In this document: positions 13,871 to 25,499 of the stretch, one piece after another | How the letters are laid out: each line of letters begins with the position of its first letter | Position numbering within the stretch: position 1 is the stretch's first letter | Assembly: GCF_009914755.1 (NCBI RefSeq) | Contig: NC_060935.1 | DNA: 64,000 nucleotides | Direction: 5' to 3' (one strand) | From: the human T2T-CHM13v2.0 reference genome, Homo sapiens | The notes under the pieces: model-generated | The model's database searches: none | What the model was told of the DNA's origin: nothing | The model's input: only the letters and a program-made list of their open reading frames with translations | Translations under genes and position numbers: made by a program

Positions 13871-15942
13871 CACCTTGTTGGATATTGGAAAGTCAATCTG
13901 GAAATAAAGAACATCAGCCCTTTGCTATCCTGAATTATCTGGATCCATTGTCTGTAGTAGGAAACTAATGAAAATTTCATCTACTTTTCCGTAGAAATAT
14001 AGGATTGTAATGAAGAGTCTTTTGCCCTAATTATGTGCAGCACAATTAAGTCCCTTCCTACTGAAGACAAAGGTAGCTTTATGGATGTGCTATGCAAATG
14101 TGGTTGGGGGGTGATGATTTTATAATGAACTTGAAGTGGGTTGTCAGGATCAGACAATAAATGGATAAGGACAAGGCAGGGTAAGGCAAGGTGGGAAGGG
14201 GTGTGCTGCACTCAAAAGTCTCATTCGGTTTAAAAAAAAAAAAGGTTTGGTGAGAAGCCTGACTAAAAGCAAAGACTGGAGACACGTTACTTGGTAAAAA
14301 GCACAGGAGTGGATAGATCTCCTCCCAGAAGGGGAGATCTAAAGCAGAAAGAGGTTTTGAGAATCTAACGAAATCAAGGCCTATCTATCTAAATAACTTC
14401 GCGTGCCCACACCACTGTTTTCCTAACCTGAAGCCGTGGAATAGTGCCCTTTTCCAAGAGGTAAGACAAAAGGAGACTTAAGCAATTATTTATTAAGCTC
14501 AGTCTGTCAGTGAGGCATCGGAATTGGGACTTGTTAGGGGAAAGGTGGAATGGAATCCAGGAAAGCAAGGAACTGTTATGGATTCTGTAGTTTGGGTCTA
14601 AAAAGGAGATTTGCATTTGGAACCCTGTCAGAAAGAACCTGAAGCTCAAAAAGCCAAGCCAAGCAGCTAAGCCAAGGCATATGGCATCCATCAAGTAACC
14701 AGCCAGCCGGGGGTGAAGCTGGCTGGGCCAGGAGCTAGTCTGCTGAGTGGAACTGTGCCAGGTGGGAATCGGTGACTAACCTGGGGAAAATATTTATAAT
14801 TTACTTATCAGTAAACATCATGTACTCTGAAACGTGGCATGTTGAGGTCAAGTAGATTTTCTCTTAATGGCTTCCTGAGTGCATTCTGCCCACACATTCA
14901 CAGAAGAATGAGGAGCAGGGAGGGGAGGGTGCCAAGCTACAACCCCAACACAGCACCTCCAAAGACAGAAGCAGATTGTACCCGCAGTCAGAAGGGGAGT
15001 TGAGGCTCATGGTCTGATCAGCAATTTGGTCCCCGGAGTCCAAAGTTGCCTTGTTAAGGGTAATCTTGTCCAGTGTCATCTAGGGGAAATTATTGAGATG
15101 TCAGGTTTTAACTTCATATTTGCTAGCTGGACTTTACAGAAAACTAGAGGTTATGACTTTGATCAGTTTAAAGGTAAGTGGCTCTGTTAGAAACATTCTG
15201 CTCTTTAAGACTTGATATCCTGTCCATCTGGTCCAGCAAAAGTAGGAAGTCAGCGAAATGGGTGTGTTAACTCTGAAGTAGGACTCACCTGAAATAGGAG
15301 TGAAACTAGCTGGATTATCCTACATTCTTTTCTTTGAAATAAAAAAAGGGCACCCAAAAATTATTCAATCCTTTCCATGTTAAAATATAACTGACAGGTT
15401 GATTTAGACAAAAGAAAAGATATGAACAAAAGCTACTCAATCAGAACATCTTCTGCAGAAGCTGCAATCAGACCACACAGTCAAGATTTTTTCAATGACA
15501 ATTAACATCCACTACACATCGATCAAACGCCTCTCTTTGGGCAGGCACTGTACTTGGTGCGTGGGGTGAGGGATCGACAGTCCTTTCCTTGTGTAGAGAC
15601 AAACTTGTTAACTGCTAGCATGAAGCAGAATCAAATAAATGGAAATAATGGATTTGGAGAGGGAAATTGGGGTTATAATGAATTCTGACCCATTACAATA
15701 AAGACTGTTTTGTCTGGTTGTGATTTGATGTGAGTAAATTTGGGATCTTTCCGCTAGGCAAGAAGAGAAAAACTGAAAGCCAGAGAATGGGCCCTTAATT
15801 TTGGAAAGCCAAGAGAGGACTGATGGGGTTGCCAAAGCTGGAACAATGTTAGAGGGGAGGCCTCCATGTTCCCGCTTTAGACCTTTGCAGAGAAATGGTG
15901 TGGCATTCAGGTAGGTCATGAGGGTAAGGAGCATTTGCATGA

Positions 15943-16110
15943 CAAGGGCTTCTCAACTTTGACACTGTTGACATTTGGGGTCAGGGAGTTCTTTGTTGTA
16001 GGGGACTGTCCTATGCGTTGGAGGATGTGTAGCAGCATCCCTATCCACTACATGCAGTGGCACACTCTACCCAACTTGTGAAAATCAAGACATGCCAAAT
16101 ATCCCCTTTG
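15943..16110. mobile_element. MER20 hAT MITE
   Basis: ttctcaactttgacactgttgacatttggggtcaggga.ttctttgttgtagggg.ctgtcctatgcgttg.aggatgt.tagcagcatccct matches the MER20 consensus as recalled. Confidence 0.8.
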
Positions 16111-16114
16111 ACTT

Positions 16115-16610
16115 TCAACAGCATAGCTGGAGGTAAGAGGAAAGTGCTTCAGGCAAAGGGACCCCTTTGAACAAAGATTCGGTGATGTGACTCTGCCTGG
16201 GTATGTTGGAGAATGGTGGCCACAGGATGTAGTTAGTAGAGGGACATAGGACGAGAAGTGTCTGGAAAGGCAGTTTAGGGCTGTGTTGAATACCTTGCTA
16301 ATAAATTGGTCTTGATTTTGCAGATAATTTAGAGAGCAAGAGGTTCGGGAGGAGAGTGACAGAAGAAGCTGGCAGGAGTATTGGAGATCTGAATGGAAAA
16401 GCAAGACAGTGAGCACAGAAGACAGGAGGCTGCCCCTACCTGTCCAGATGAGGGGTAAATTGAGCTAAACTTAGTGAGGATGGAGAGGAGAGGGTGGGCA
16501 TGAGAGACATCACTCAAGGAGATTTGAGACTCGGTGACAACCAATATGTGGTGGGCGAAGGCAAGAGAGAAATTAGATGAGTGAGAGGGAAGATGATGTC
16601 TTTGACTTAT
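16115..16610 (-). mobile_element. L2 LINE relic
   Basis: Purine-rich antisense L2 body (ttcaggcaaagggac...ggaggctg...gtccagatgaggg...gagagggtgggcatgagagacat). Boundaries approximate. Confidence 0.55.
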
Positions 16611-18059
16611 ATAGGGAGAGGTGAAGAGGAGGAGGGGCGGATCTGGCATTCAAAATGGTTTCTTAAAGCCCATTTTGTCCACACCTCCAGGTGAGTATGC
16701 AGAAGTCACTCAACAAATCCTTTTTATGGATCTTGAATTACCAGTTACTGGTTCAGGTGGAGCAAGTCACCTGTTTAGTAGGGCAAAGACAAAGGTTTGC
16801 ATAATAATAATAGTAATAATAATAGCTACCATTTTTTAGCACTTACTATGTGTTAGGCACTGAGCCAATATTTTACACACTATCTCATTCAATATTCAAG
16901 CAGTCCCATGAGGTGTACTACTTTTGTGCCCACCTTGGAGATGATTTCATTCATCAAATATTTATTAAGTGACTACTATATGTGCCAGGCACTGTTTTGG
17001 GCATCCAGGATATATCAGTGAATAAAACAGGGGGAATAAGTCCCTGCCATTGTGGAGCTTACCTTTTAGTGGGGAAACTAAAATAAGGAAACTAGGACTT
17101 AGTGAGATGTGGTACCTGCACATACCCCCAGCTAGTGTGTGCTGGGCAAGATGAGGGCAGCAATGTACCTGTTGTGGTCAGCTGTGGTCAGGCCCACTCG
17201 AGCTCACACGTGGACACAAATGGGAAACTCCCTTGCAAGGCAGCCACAAAAGAGGAAAGGTTGTCCAGTGTTGGCACATAAGAACTCTAAAACCCCAGAG
17301 GCTAGAAGTGAGGACAGATAGTCTGGCTTCCTGATTGACAGAATTATTGAATTATCTGGAGTTCATGTGTTTTTCTGGGTGCTTCTATAAGCAGAGATAT
17401 ATCGGCAGCGTGCTCACAGCTCTATGCAAGTCTAATCAGTCATGTGTCTCCTTCCTGATTAATTGCCAAGACACCAAATTTCAGTTAAGAGTCCATAAGA
17501 AATAAGGGGGTTAATGAAGAGCTATGTTGATCCACCTTTAACCTTACTTAGTTTAGATATTTTGCACTATTTGTTAGCTGCCTTGAGAGCAAATCAAAAT
17601 AACCGCAGCTATAATTAAGGCCATCCTTCTTGCCCATCCTCGACTCTAGTCTGGACTCTATAGGCTGTCCTTGCTTACCTATTTAGGGTTGCCAGTGCTT
17701 CACATTCACCAGGGGCAGTGGCCTCATGGCTACCCCTGACCACATCCCTCCCCTACATCAGATGAGAAAGGACAGACCTTTTTTTGCACATTTGGGTGGA
17801 ACCTTTGTTTTTTCTTAAGAAGAACAGGGATACAAAAGCATTTTATCTTGCTTTCCTCCTGGGCAAGAGGAATGACTGCTTTGCACTATGCAGGCCTCAG
17901 GGGTCTGTGGTCTGAGGGTTTCATCTGTGACATGAAACAGTCCAACTAGCTGCTTCTAGAGCCATGGAAGTTCACACTAGTCAGTGGTGTCCACTGCCCA
18001 ACACTGGGGAGGAAAAGCCAAACTGATTGTACACAGAATGCATGAGGCCTGGCCTTGGA

Positions 18060-18545
18060 GCTCTGTACATTTAAATTAGGAAGCTTTTGGCCACAGTACA
18101 TGTAAAACCACAACTGAAACAATGATACAAGTGTTTGCTCATACAGTAAGCAGTCTGGAGTGGACTATGGTTCTGGTATGACCGAGGCTTAACACCATCC
18201 TGAAAGACCTAGGTTGCTTCCTACTTTCCATCCAGCCATCATGATGTTGGCTTCATCCTCAGCCTGATAAAACAGCTGCTGTACTCCCAGCTATCACTGC
18301 TGGGCCAGTCATGGCCAGAGGAAGAAGAAAGATTTTCTTTTTCTATTTTAGATACAAGGAAACTGTCCCAGAAGCCTCCTAGCAGATTTCACCCTCACGT
18401 TGGATCAGTCAGAATTAGACCACACGCCCATTCCTAAACAAAGCCTTGCCAAAAGGAATGGGGCTACTATGGCTGACTTTGTAGGCAAACCAGAATCACA
18501 ATCTGGAGGTGGAATTGACATCAGCTTCCCCTGAAGCCCATGGCT
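18060..18545 (-). mobile_element. Old MaLR LTR (MLT1J/K-like)
   Basis: aagcagtctggagtgg...aaagacctaggttgcttcc...tccatccagccatc...gtcagaattagaccacacgcccattcctaaac...ggaatgggg resembles old MLT1 LTRs. Confidence 0.55.
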
Positions 18546-19941
18546 ATGTGAAGGAGGTGGATACCTGAACCAAATCACATTTCTATCCAGGTGAAAGAAG
18601 AGAAGTGGGCAACAGATCTTGGATAGGCAACCAGGAGTGTTTGCCTCAACAGCTAGACATGTGGCTCTCACTGGTTCAGTGCCTCCAGAGAGGGAAAGCA
18701 ACTTACCTTTGTGTCTTCCCTCACTCAGCCCTACCCTGAGGCCCCCACATCTGATGCATTTGGATTGTGCCAGCTGGAGGCTTGTGTGTGTGTTTTTTTA
18801 TTTTGTTCTGTTTTTAATGATAGTTATAATCTTACTTTGTACTTGGGAAAGGCCTTTCTTCCAACAAGCTCCAGGCACTTTTATAGACTCGATGACCTCT
18901 GCCCTGAGAATTATTATCTTCCATTTATGGAGGTGGTGTGAGGGTCACGAGGCAGCCCCAAAGGCCCAGTCTGGAAGGAGAACACATCCTGCTCTGGGTT
19001 TTCTAAAAGGAGTGACAGGCTGGAAGGACTAAGACTCCATCCATGAGAATGGCTCTGGGTGCAGAGGTGTGGTCTGTTAACAAAGGCTTCCTTTGTGCTG
19101 ACTGGAGTTTCTGGAAAAAGTTAGCTCTCCAACAATCTTGGAGAAGTGCTCGGTGATTACATAGAAGCAGAGTGGATTAGAAAGGCTGAAATCAGTATTT
19201 GTCTACCTTGGCTCATTCTAGTTCATTCCCTTGCCTTTGGGGGAAAATCAAAGGGATTCTTTCAAGAAATATTCGGTCCCTTCCCTATGCTGGCCATCGT
19301 GCTGGGCATTGGACATATAGTCCGGAACAAGATACAGTTCCTAACCTCAAAGAGCTCACAGATTGTTGGGGAGAAAACTCAAAAAATAGGCAATTACAAT
19401 GCAGTGGAATAAGTGCTTTGATCCCCCTCTGCTGGGTGCAGGGCTTCCAGGAAGACCTGCTGTTAAAGCTGAGATTGAAGGGACAGGGAGGAGTGAAATA
19501 TTGTCTATTTCCAAGCAAGGCATGTCTTACCTGCAGTTTCTCAAAGTTTGAGGAGCATTAATTTTACAGAATGTTAATTTAAATCTTTTTTTTTTTTTTT
19601 TAAAAAGAAAGCATAGATGGTCAGATAAATTTGGGGAATGGTGGGGTAAGCAGTCTAGGATTTTGCAGAGCTTTTGATAACTGTACTAGTGGTAACCATA
19701 AACTTCTGAGAGAGATGTGAAGTGGATGTTTGCCCCATCATACTTGACTACAAAATCTTTTTCCCTCCATCTTTCCCAGATGAGTGATTTTAACGCTGAG
19801 AACTTACAGCACTGTAACTGAGTTGAGATTGAGGGTAGGGGCAATAGTAGGTCAGAGGAAGCATCACAGTTCTGCTCTAAAAATATAGGGGCTAGCTTTT
19901 CAAATAATAGCTGTGTTTGTTTTATGAGCCTATTTACATTC

Positions 19942-20415
19942 TGTAGTGGACACCATGGTCTCCCGTAATAATTAGACTCAGTCAGTCATTTGTAGGAGAA
20001 ATATTCTTCTTGCAGTGAATGGGTTAGCTGTGGCCATGAGGCTCCATTTTCAGTGGGATGAAAGAGGAAATATGCTAAGGACTTAGGGGAAAGTTTCATG
20101 CTCTAAGAAAAAAAAAAAGGAAGAGGTAGCTTCTCTTATTCCTCTAGATATTCTCTCTAAATGTGATGACTGGAACTGTAGAGCCATCTGGCCAACAACT
20201 TGAGGATAAAACCAATACCTAGATGGCAGAGTAGAGACTGAAGCTACCCAGATCTTTGATGACAACATTGAGCTTCTGATTAATCACATCTAGAGGCTGT
20301 CCTAGCTATTGACTTAACTTTGACTTCTTGTTATGTAATAATACATTTCCTTATATTTTAACTATTTCTAAGCAGACTTTTCTGTTATTTGGAGTTAGAA
20401 GTATCCTGGCTAATA
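19942..20415 (+). mobile_element. Old ERVL/MaLR solo LTR (LTR33-like)
   Basis: Starts tgtagtggacaccatgg; gtggccatgag...ggaactgtagagccatct...gacttcttgttatgtaataatacatttcc...ttttctgttatttg...atcctggctaata. Confidence 0.55.
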
Positions 20416-21009
20416 AAATTTCCTATTTTAATCTTCTCACATGGTTATCCCACTAACATATTTAGTCATTTCCTTGATGAAGGCACATAACTTAGATGTT
20501 CAGAGTGGAGGTAAAGTTGTCCTGGACTCAAGTGTCTGAGGCAGCGGGTGGTACATTAGTGAAGCACAAAAGCATCTCCAAGAATCATTGGTTTAGGCAA
20601 ATGAGGATGGCTGTGGACTGATGTTCTAGTGGGGCTGGTTAATGCAGTGCTTGAAGGGCTGAACATGGGCCTGCTGAAGACACCAGCCAGGCAGCTGGAA
20701 CTCAGGAGTCAGGCAGGGCACAGGAAGAGGAGAAGCGATTGTTAGGCCAACTATTCTGGCAAAGGCCTGAACTCCCCTACAAAGTTTTCATGTACCCAGT
20801 CCCCCTCCCCCAGAACTTTTGCTGCTTCAACAGCTCTCTCCCCACTTCCCCTCCCTTTGGCTTCAGAAATGTCCCTTTAAGTGTTTTGTGGCTTCTTTCC
20901 CTTGACATCATTTTATTTTTAATGGTTCAAATTTATATTTATACATATTCAATGAAATATCCCTTTTTTATGTACAGGCCTGTTGACATGATTTATTAGT
21001 AATTGTGTC

Positions 21010-21915
21010 CATTAATTTTTCTTAAACCATCTTAGCCCCTTTCAAGAGTATAGTTCAGCAGCATTAAGTATATTCACATTGTTGCAAAACAGATCTCCAG
21101 AGCATTTTCATCTTATGTCATGGTTAATTTTATGTGTCAACTTGATTAGGCCATGATGTGCCATGAGGTGCCCAGATTAAATCCTAATTCTGGGAGTGTC
21201 TTTGAGGGTGTTTCCAGATGAGATTAGATGTTAAATCTGTGGATTTAGTAAAGTGGATTTTCTTCACCAATGTGGATGGCCATCATCCAATCCATTGAGA
21301 GTCTGAATAGGGCAAAAGGTGGAGGAAGAGAGGATTTGTCCCCCTCCTGCCTGCTTGCTTGAGCTGGCACATCAGTCTTCTCCTGACATTAGCCTGGGAT
21401 TTCCATCATCAGCTCCCCTGTTTCTCAAGCCTTTGGACTTAGACTAGAAATACATCCCTGGCTTTCCTGGGTCTCCAGCTTGTAGATGCCAGATAATGGG
21501 ACTCCTCAGCCTCCATAATGGCATGAGCCAGTTGTGCATAATATGTGTGTATATATATATATGTATATTCTGTTGGTTCTGCTTCTCTGGAGAACCCTGA
21601 CTAATACATCTTCCAAAATTGAAAGTTTATACCTATTAAACAACAACTCTTCTTTTCCCCCTCCCCACCCCAGCCCCTGGTAACCACGATCTGCTTTTTG
21701 TTTCTATGGATTTAATGGCTTTAGGTATCTTATGTAAGTATAATTATACAGTATTTGCCTTTTTGTGACTGGTGTCTTTCACTGAGCATAATATCCTCAG
21801 TAGAACATGTGACAGGATTTCCTTTCTTTTTAGGGCTCACTCATATCCCATGTGCGTATGTACCACATTTTGTTTGTCCATTCATCCATCCTTCTGCCTC
21901 TTGGCTATTGTGTCT
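21010..21915 (-). mobile_element. L1M 3' fragment interrupted by an MLT2 LTR
   Basis: gtatagttcagcagcattaagtatattcacattgttgcaa...[MLT2]...cagcccctggtaaccac..atacagtatttgcctttttgtgactgg...gtaccacattttgtttgtccattcatcc; antisense L1MB-type 3'UTR. Confidence 0.75.
21116..21608 (+). mobile_element. MLT2 (HERV-L) solo LTR
   Basis: tgtcatggttaattttatgtgtcaacttga...ctctggagaaccctgactaataca; TG..CA ends; 5-bp TSD tctta/tcttc. Confidence 0.88.
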
Positions 21916-22534
21916 TGGCACCACTTTTACCTACTGTTGTGGTTTATGTTTGGGTTTCTAATTCTGCTGCCTGTGTTTCAGTTTAACCAGGTTGCTGTAG
22001 GGAACATCCTGGAAGAGAATGCCTGAGAGACACCTCATCCTCCTAAGGATGATCTTGCTAGTGAACTTTTCCAAGAAAAAATTTATTTAGAAAAAAATGA
22101 CACCAAACAATTCATATGTGCTCTATGTATAAAGTAAAAAGTGAACATTTTTCCTTTAATGTAACTACTCCATCTCATGTCTACTCTGTAGCCATAATGA
22201 CTCCAGCTGAAATGTAGAATTTGAAAATTCATTGGCTTACTCATAAAAGGTAACGTAAGCTCAGTATAAAAAATTTGAAAAACAGCAATAAAAACTACCT
22301 TTTAATTAGGTCATATTTTGTGCAGGGCCCTCTACTAGGCATTTTAAAGATACTCTTTTTAATCTACATGACTCTTTGAAGGAGGCATTGGTAATATTTC
22401 AAGTAAATTGTAGATTGGTGAGAGGACATCTCCTTCCCAACACCATCACTGTGCACACTTCTACCATAGCTTCTCATTTATTCTCCATGAATAGGAAACT
22501 GCACGCCCACAGTGAAGCAGGACAGAGCAAGTGC

Positions 22535-23006
22535 TGTCAGGCCTCTGAGCCCAGGCCAGGCCATCGCATCCCCTGTGACTTGCACGTATACATCCAGATG
22601 GCCTGAAGTAACTGAAGATCCACAAAAGAAGTAAAAACAGCCTTAACTGATGACATTCCACCATTGTGATTTGTTCCTGCCCCACGCTAACTGATCAATG
22701 TACTTTGTAATCTCCCCCACCCTTAAGAAGGTACTTTGTAGTCTCCCCCACCCTTAAGAAGGTTCTTTGTAATTCTCCCCACCCTTGAGAATGTACTTTG
22801 TGAGATCCACCCCTGCCCACCAGAGAACAACCCCCTTTGACTGTAATTTTCCATTACCTTCCCAAATCCTATAAAACGGCCCCACCCCTATCTCCCTTCA
22901 CTGACTCTGTTTTCGGACTCAGCCCGCCTGCACCCAGGTGAAATAAACAGCCATGTTGCTCACACAAAGCCTGTTTGGTGGTCTCTTCACATGGACGCGC
23001 GTGAAA
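22535..23006 (+). promoter_or_regulatory. HERV-H 5' LTR (LTR7Y type), promoter/enhancer
   Basis: 472 bp, tgtcaggcctctgagcccaggccaggcc...tgaaa. Tandem tactttgta.tctcccccacccttaagaa repeats, TATA box tataaaa 22870-22876, aataaa 22942-22947. Matches my recalled LTR7Y consensus. Confidence 0.93.
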
Positions 23007-23008
23007 TT

Positions 23009-23026
23009 TGGTGCCGTGACTCAGAT
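23009..23026 (+). other. Primer binding site, tRNA-His
   Basis: tggtgccgtgactcagat, 17/18 match to TGGTGCCGTGACTCGGAT, immediately after the 5' LTR. Confidence 0.95.
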
Positions 23027-23146
23027 CGGGGGACCTCCCTTGGGAGATCAATCCCCCGTCCTCCTGCTCTTTGCTCCGTGAGAAAGATCAACCTACGACC
23101 TCAGGTCTTCAGACCGACCAGCCCAAGAAACATCTCACCAATTTCA

Positions 23147-23158
23147 AATCCGGTAAGC
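23147..23158 (+). other. HERV-H major splice donor
   Basis: aatccg|gtaagc (GT at 23153), about 150 nt after the LTR, where the HERV-H leader donor lies. Confidence 0.75.
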
Positions 23159-23439
23159 GGCCTCTTTTTACTCTCTTCTCCAACTTCCCTCACTATCCCT
23201 CAACCTCCTTCTCCTTTCAATCTTGGTGCTACACTTGAATCTCTCCCTTCTCTTAATTTCATTTCCTTTCATTTTCTGGTAGAGACGAAAGAGACACGTT
23301 TTATCCGTGGACCCAAAACTCTGGCGCTGGTCACGGACTGAGAAGGCAGCCTTCCCTTGGTGTTTAATCATTGCAGGGACGCCTCTCTGATTATACGCCC
23401 ACGTTTCAAGGGTGTCAGACCACGCAGGGATGCCTGCCT

Positions 23440-23885
23440 TGGTCCTTCACCCTTAGCGGCAAGTCCCACTTTTCTGGGGAAGGGGCAAGTACCCCAACCC
23501 CTTTTCTCCTTGTCTCTACCCCTTCTCTGCTTTTCTGGGGAAGGGGCAAGTACCCCAACCCCTTCTCTCCTTGTCTCTACCCCTTCTCTGCTTTCCTGGG
23601 GCAGGGGCAAGTACCCCTCAACCCCTTCTCCTTCACCCTCAGTGGCAAGTCCCACTTTCCTGGGGCAGGGGCAAGTACCCCTCAACCCCTTCTCCTTCAC
23701 CCTTAGTGGCAAGTCCCACTTTCCTAGGGGGCAAGAACCCCCCAGTTGCTTATTTCCACACCCCAACCTCTTATCTCTGAGCCCCAATCCCTTATTTCTG
23801 CACCCTGACCTCTTATTTCCGTGCCCCAAACCCTTCTCTGCTTTTCTGGAGGGCAAGAACCCCCCACCCCTTCTCCGTGTCTCTA
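23440..23885 (+). repeat. HERV-H leader tandem repeats
   Basis: Repeated ggggcaagtacccc(t)caacccc and ccttcacccttagtggcaagtcccactt units. Confidence 0.8.
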
Positions 23886-24039
23886 CTCTTTTCTCTGGGC
23901 TTGCCTGCTTCACTATGGGTAAGCTTCCACCTTCCATTCCTCCTTCTTCTCCCTTAGCCTGTGTTCTCAAAAACTTAAAACCTCTTCAACTCACACCTGA
24001 CCTAAAACCTAAATGCCTTATTTTCTTCTACAATTTTGC

Positions 24040-25110
24040 TTGACCCCAATACAAACTCGACAGGAGTTCCAAATAGCCGGAAAATGGCACTTTCAATTTT
24101 TCCATCCTACAAGATCTAAATAATTCTTGTCGTAAAATGGGCAAATGGTCTGAGGTGCCTGACGTCCAGGCATTCTTTTACACATCAGTCCCTTCCTAGT
24201 CTCTGTGCCCAGTGCAACTCGTCCTAAATCTTCCTTCTTTCCCTCCCGCCTGTCCCCTCAGTCCCAACCCCAAGCGTCACTGAGTCTTTCTAATCCTCCT
24301 TTTCTACAGACCCATCTGACCTCTCCCCTCCTCGCCAGCCCAAGCTAGGTCCCAATACTTCCTCAGCCTCCACTCCTCCACCCTATAATCCTTCTATCAC
24401 CTCCCCTCCTCACACCTGGTCTGGCTTACAGTTTGGTTCTGTGACTAGCCCTCCCCCACCTGCCCAGCAATTTATTCTTAAAAAGGTGGCTGGAGCTAAA
24501 GGCATAGTCAAGGTTAATGCTCCTTTTTTTTTTATCCCAAATCAGACAGCGTTTAGGCTTTTTCATCAAATATAAAAACCCAGCCCAGTTCATGGCTCGT
24601 TCGGCAGCAACCCTGAGACGCTTTACAGCCCTGGACCCTAAAAGGTCAAAAGGCCGTCCTATTCTCAATATACATTTTATTACCCAATCTGCTCCCGACA
24701 TTAAATAAAACTCCAAAAATTAAATTCCGGCCCTCAAACCCCACAACAGGATTTAATTAACCTCGCCTTCAAGGTGTATAATAATAGAAAAAAGTTGCAA
24801 TTCCTTGCCTCCACTGTCCCCAGCCACATCTCCAGCACACAAGAACTTCCAAACGCCTGAACTGCAGCGGCCAGGCGTTCCTCCAGAACCTCCTCCCCCA
24901 GGAGCTCTCTACAAGTGCCAGAAATCTGACCACCAGGCCAAGGAATGCCTGCAGCCCAGGATTCCTCCTAAGCTGTGTCCCATCTGTGCGGGACCCCACT
25001 GGAAATTGGACTGTTCAACTCACCTGGCAGCCACTCCCAGAGCCTGTGGAACTCTGGCCCAAGGCTCTCTGACAGACTCCTTCTCGGCTTAGCGGCTGAA
25101 GACTGATGCT
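24040..25110 (+). pseudogene. gag: HERV-H gag remnant
   Basis: ORF 24805-25092 has knuckles LYKCQKSDHQAKEC (first Cys lost) and CPICAGPHWKLDC. Upstream parts are broken by stops and frameshifts. Confidence 0.85.
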
Positions 25111-25129
25111 GCTCGATCGCCTCGGAGGC

Positions 25130-25480
25130 CCGGTAGACCATCACAGACGCCGAGCTTTGGGTAACTCTCACAGTGGAAGGTAAGTCCGTCCCCTTCTTAA
25201 TCAATATGGAGGCTACCCACTCCACATTACCTTCTTTTCAAGGGCCTGCTTCCCTTGCCTCCATAACTGTTGTGGATATTGATGGCCAAGCTTCTAAACC
25301 TCTTAAAACTCCCCAACTCTGGTACCAACTTAGACAATACTCTTTTAAGCACTCCTTTTTAGTTATCCCCACCTGCCCAGTTCCCTTATTAGGCTGAGAC
25401 ACTTTAACTAAATTATCTGCTTCCCTGACTATTCCTGGACTACAGCTACATCTCATTGCCGCCCTTCTTCCTAATCCAAA
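25130..25480 (+). pseudogene. pro: HERV-H protease remnant
   Basis: VEGKSVPFLINMEATHSTL...CPVPLLG*; the catalytic DTG is replaced by NME and a stop follows LLG. Confidence 0.85.
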
Positions 25481-25499
25481 GCCTCCTTTGCGTCCTCCT

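Noticed and set aside
18619-19561. 137-aa and 120-aa ORFs with hydrophobic stretches
   Set aside because: Non-ATG starts, T-rich low complexity or L2 relic overlap, no recognisable domain and no exon structure.
22700-22815. Regularly spaced ~32-bp repeats resembling a CRISPR-like array (also 30612-30728 and the leader repeats)
   Set aside because: Head-to-tail U3 repeats of the HERV-H LTR with no unique spacers; eukaryotic context and no cas genes.
23357-24043. 228-aa (+) and 200-aa (-) ORFs in the HERV-H leader
   Set aside because: The + ORF starts at TTG. Both are low-complexity translations of C/T-rich leader tandem repeats that lack stops by composition, with no domain evidence.
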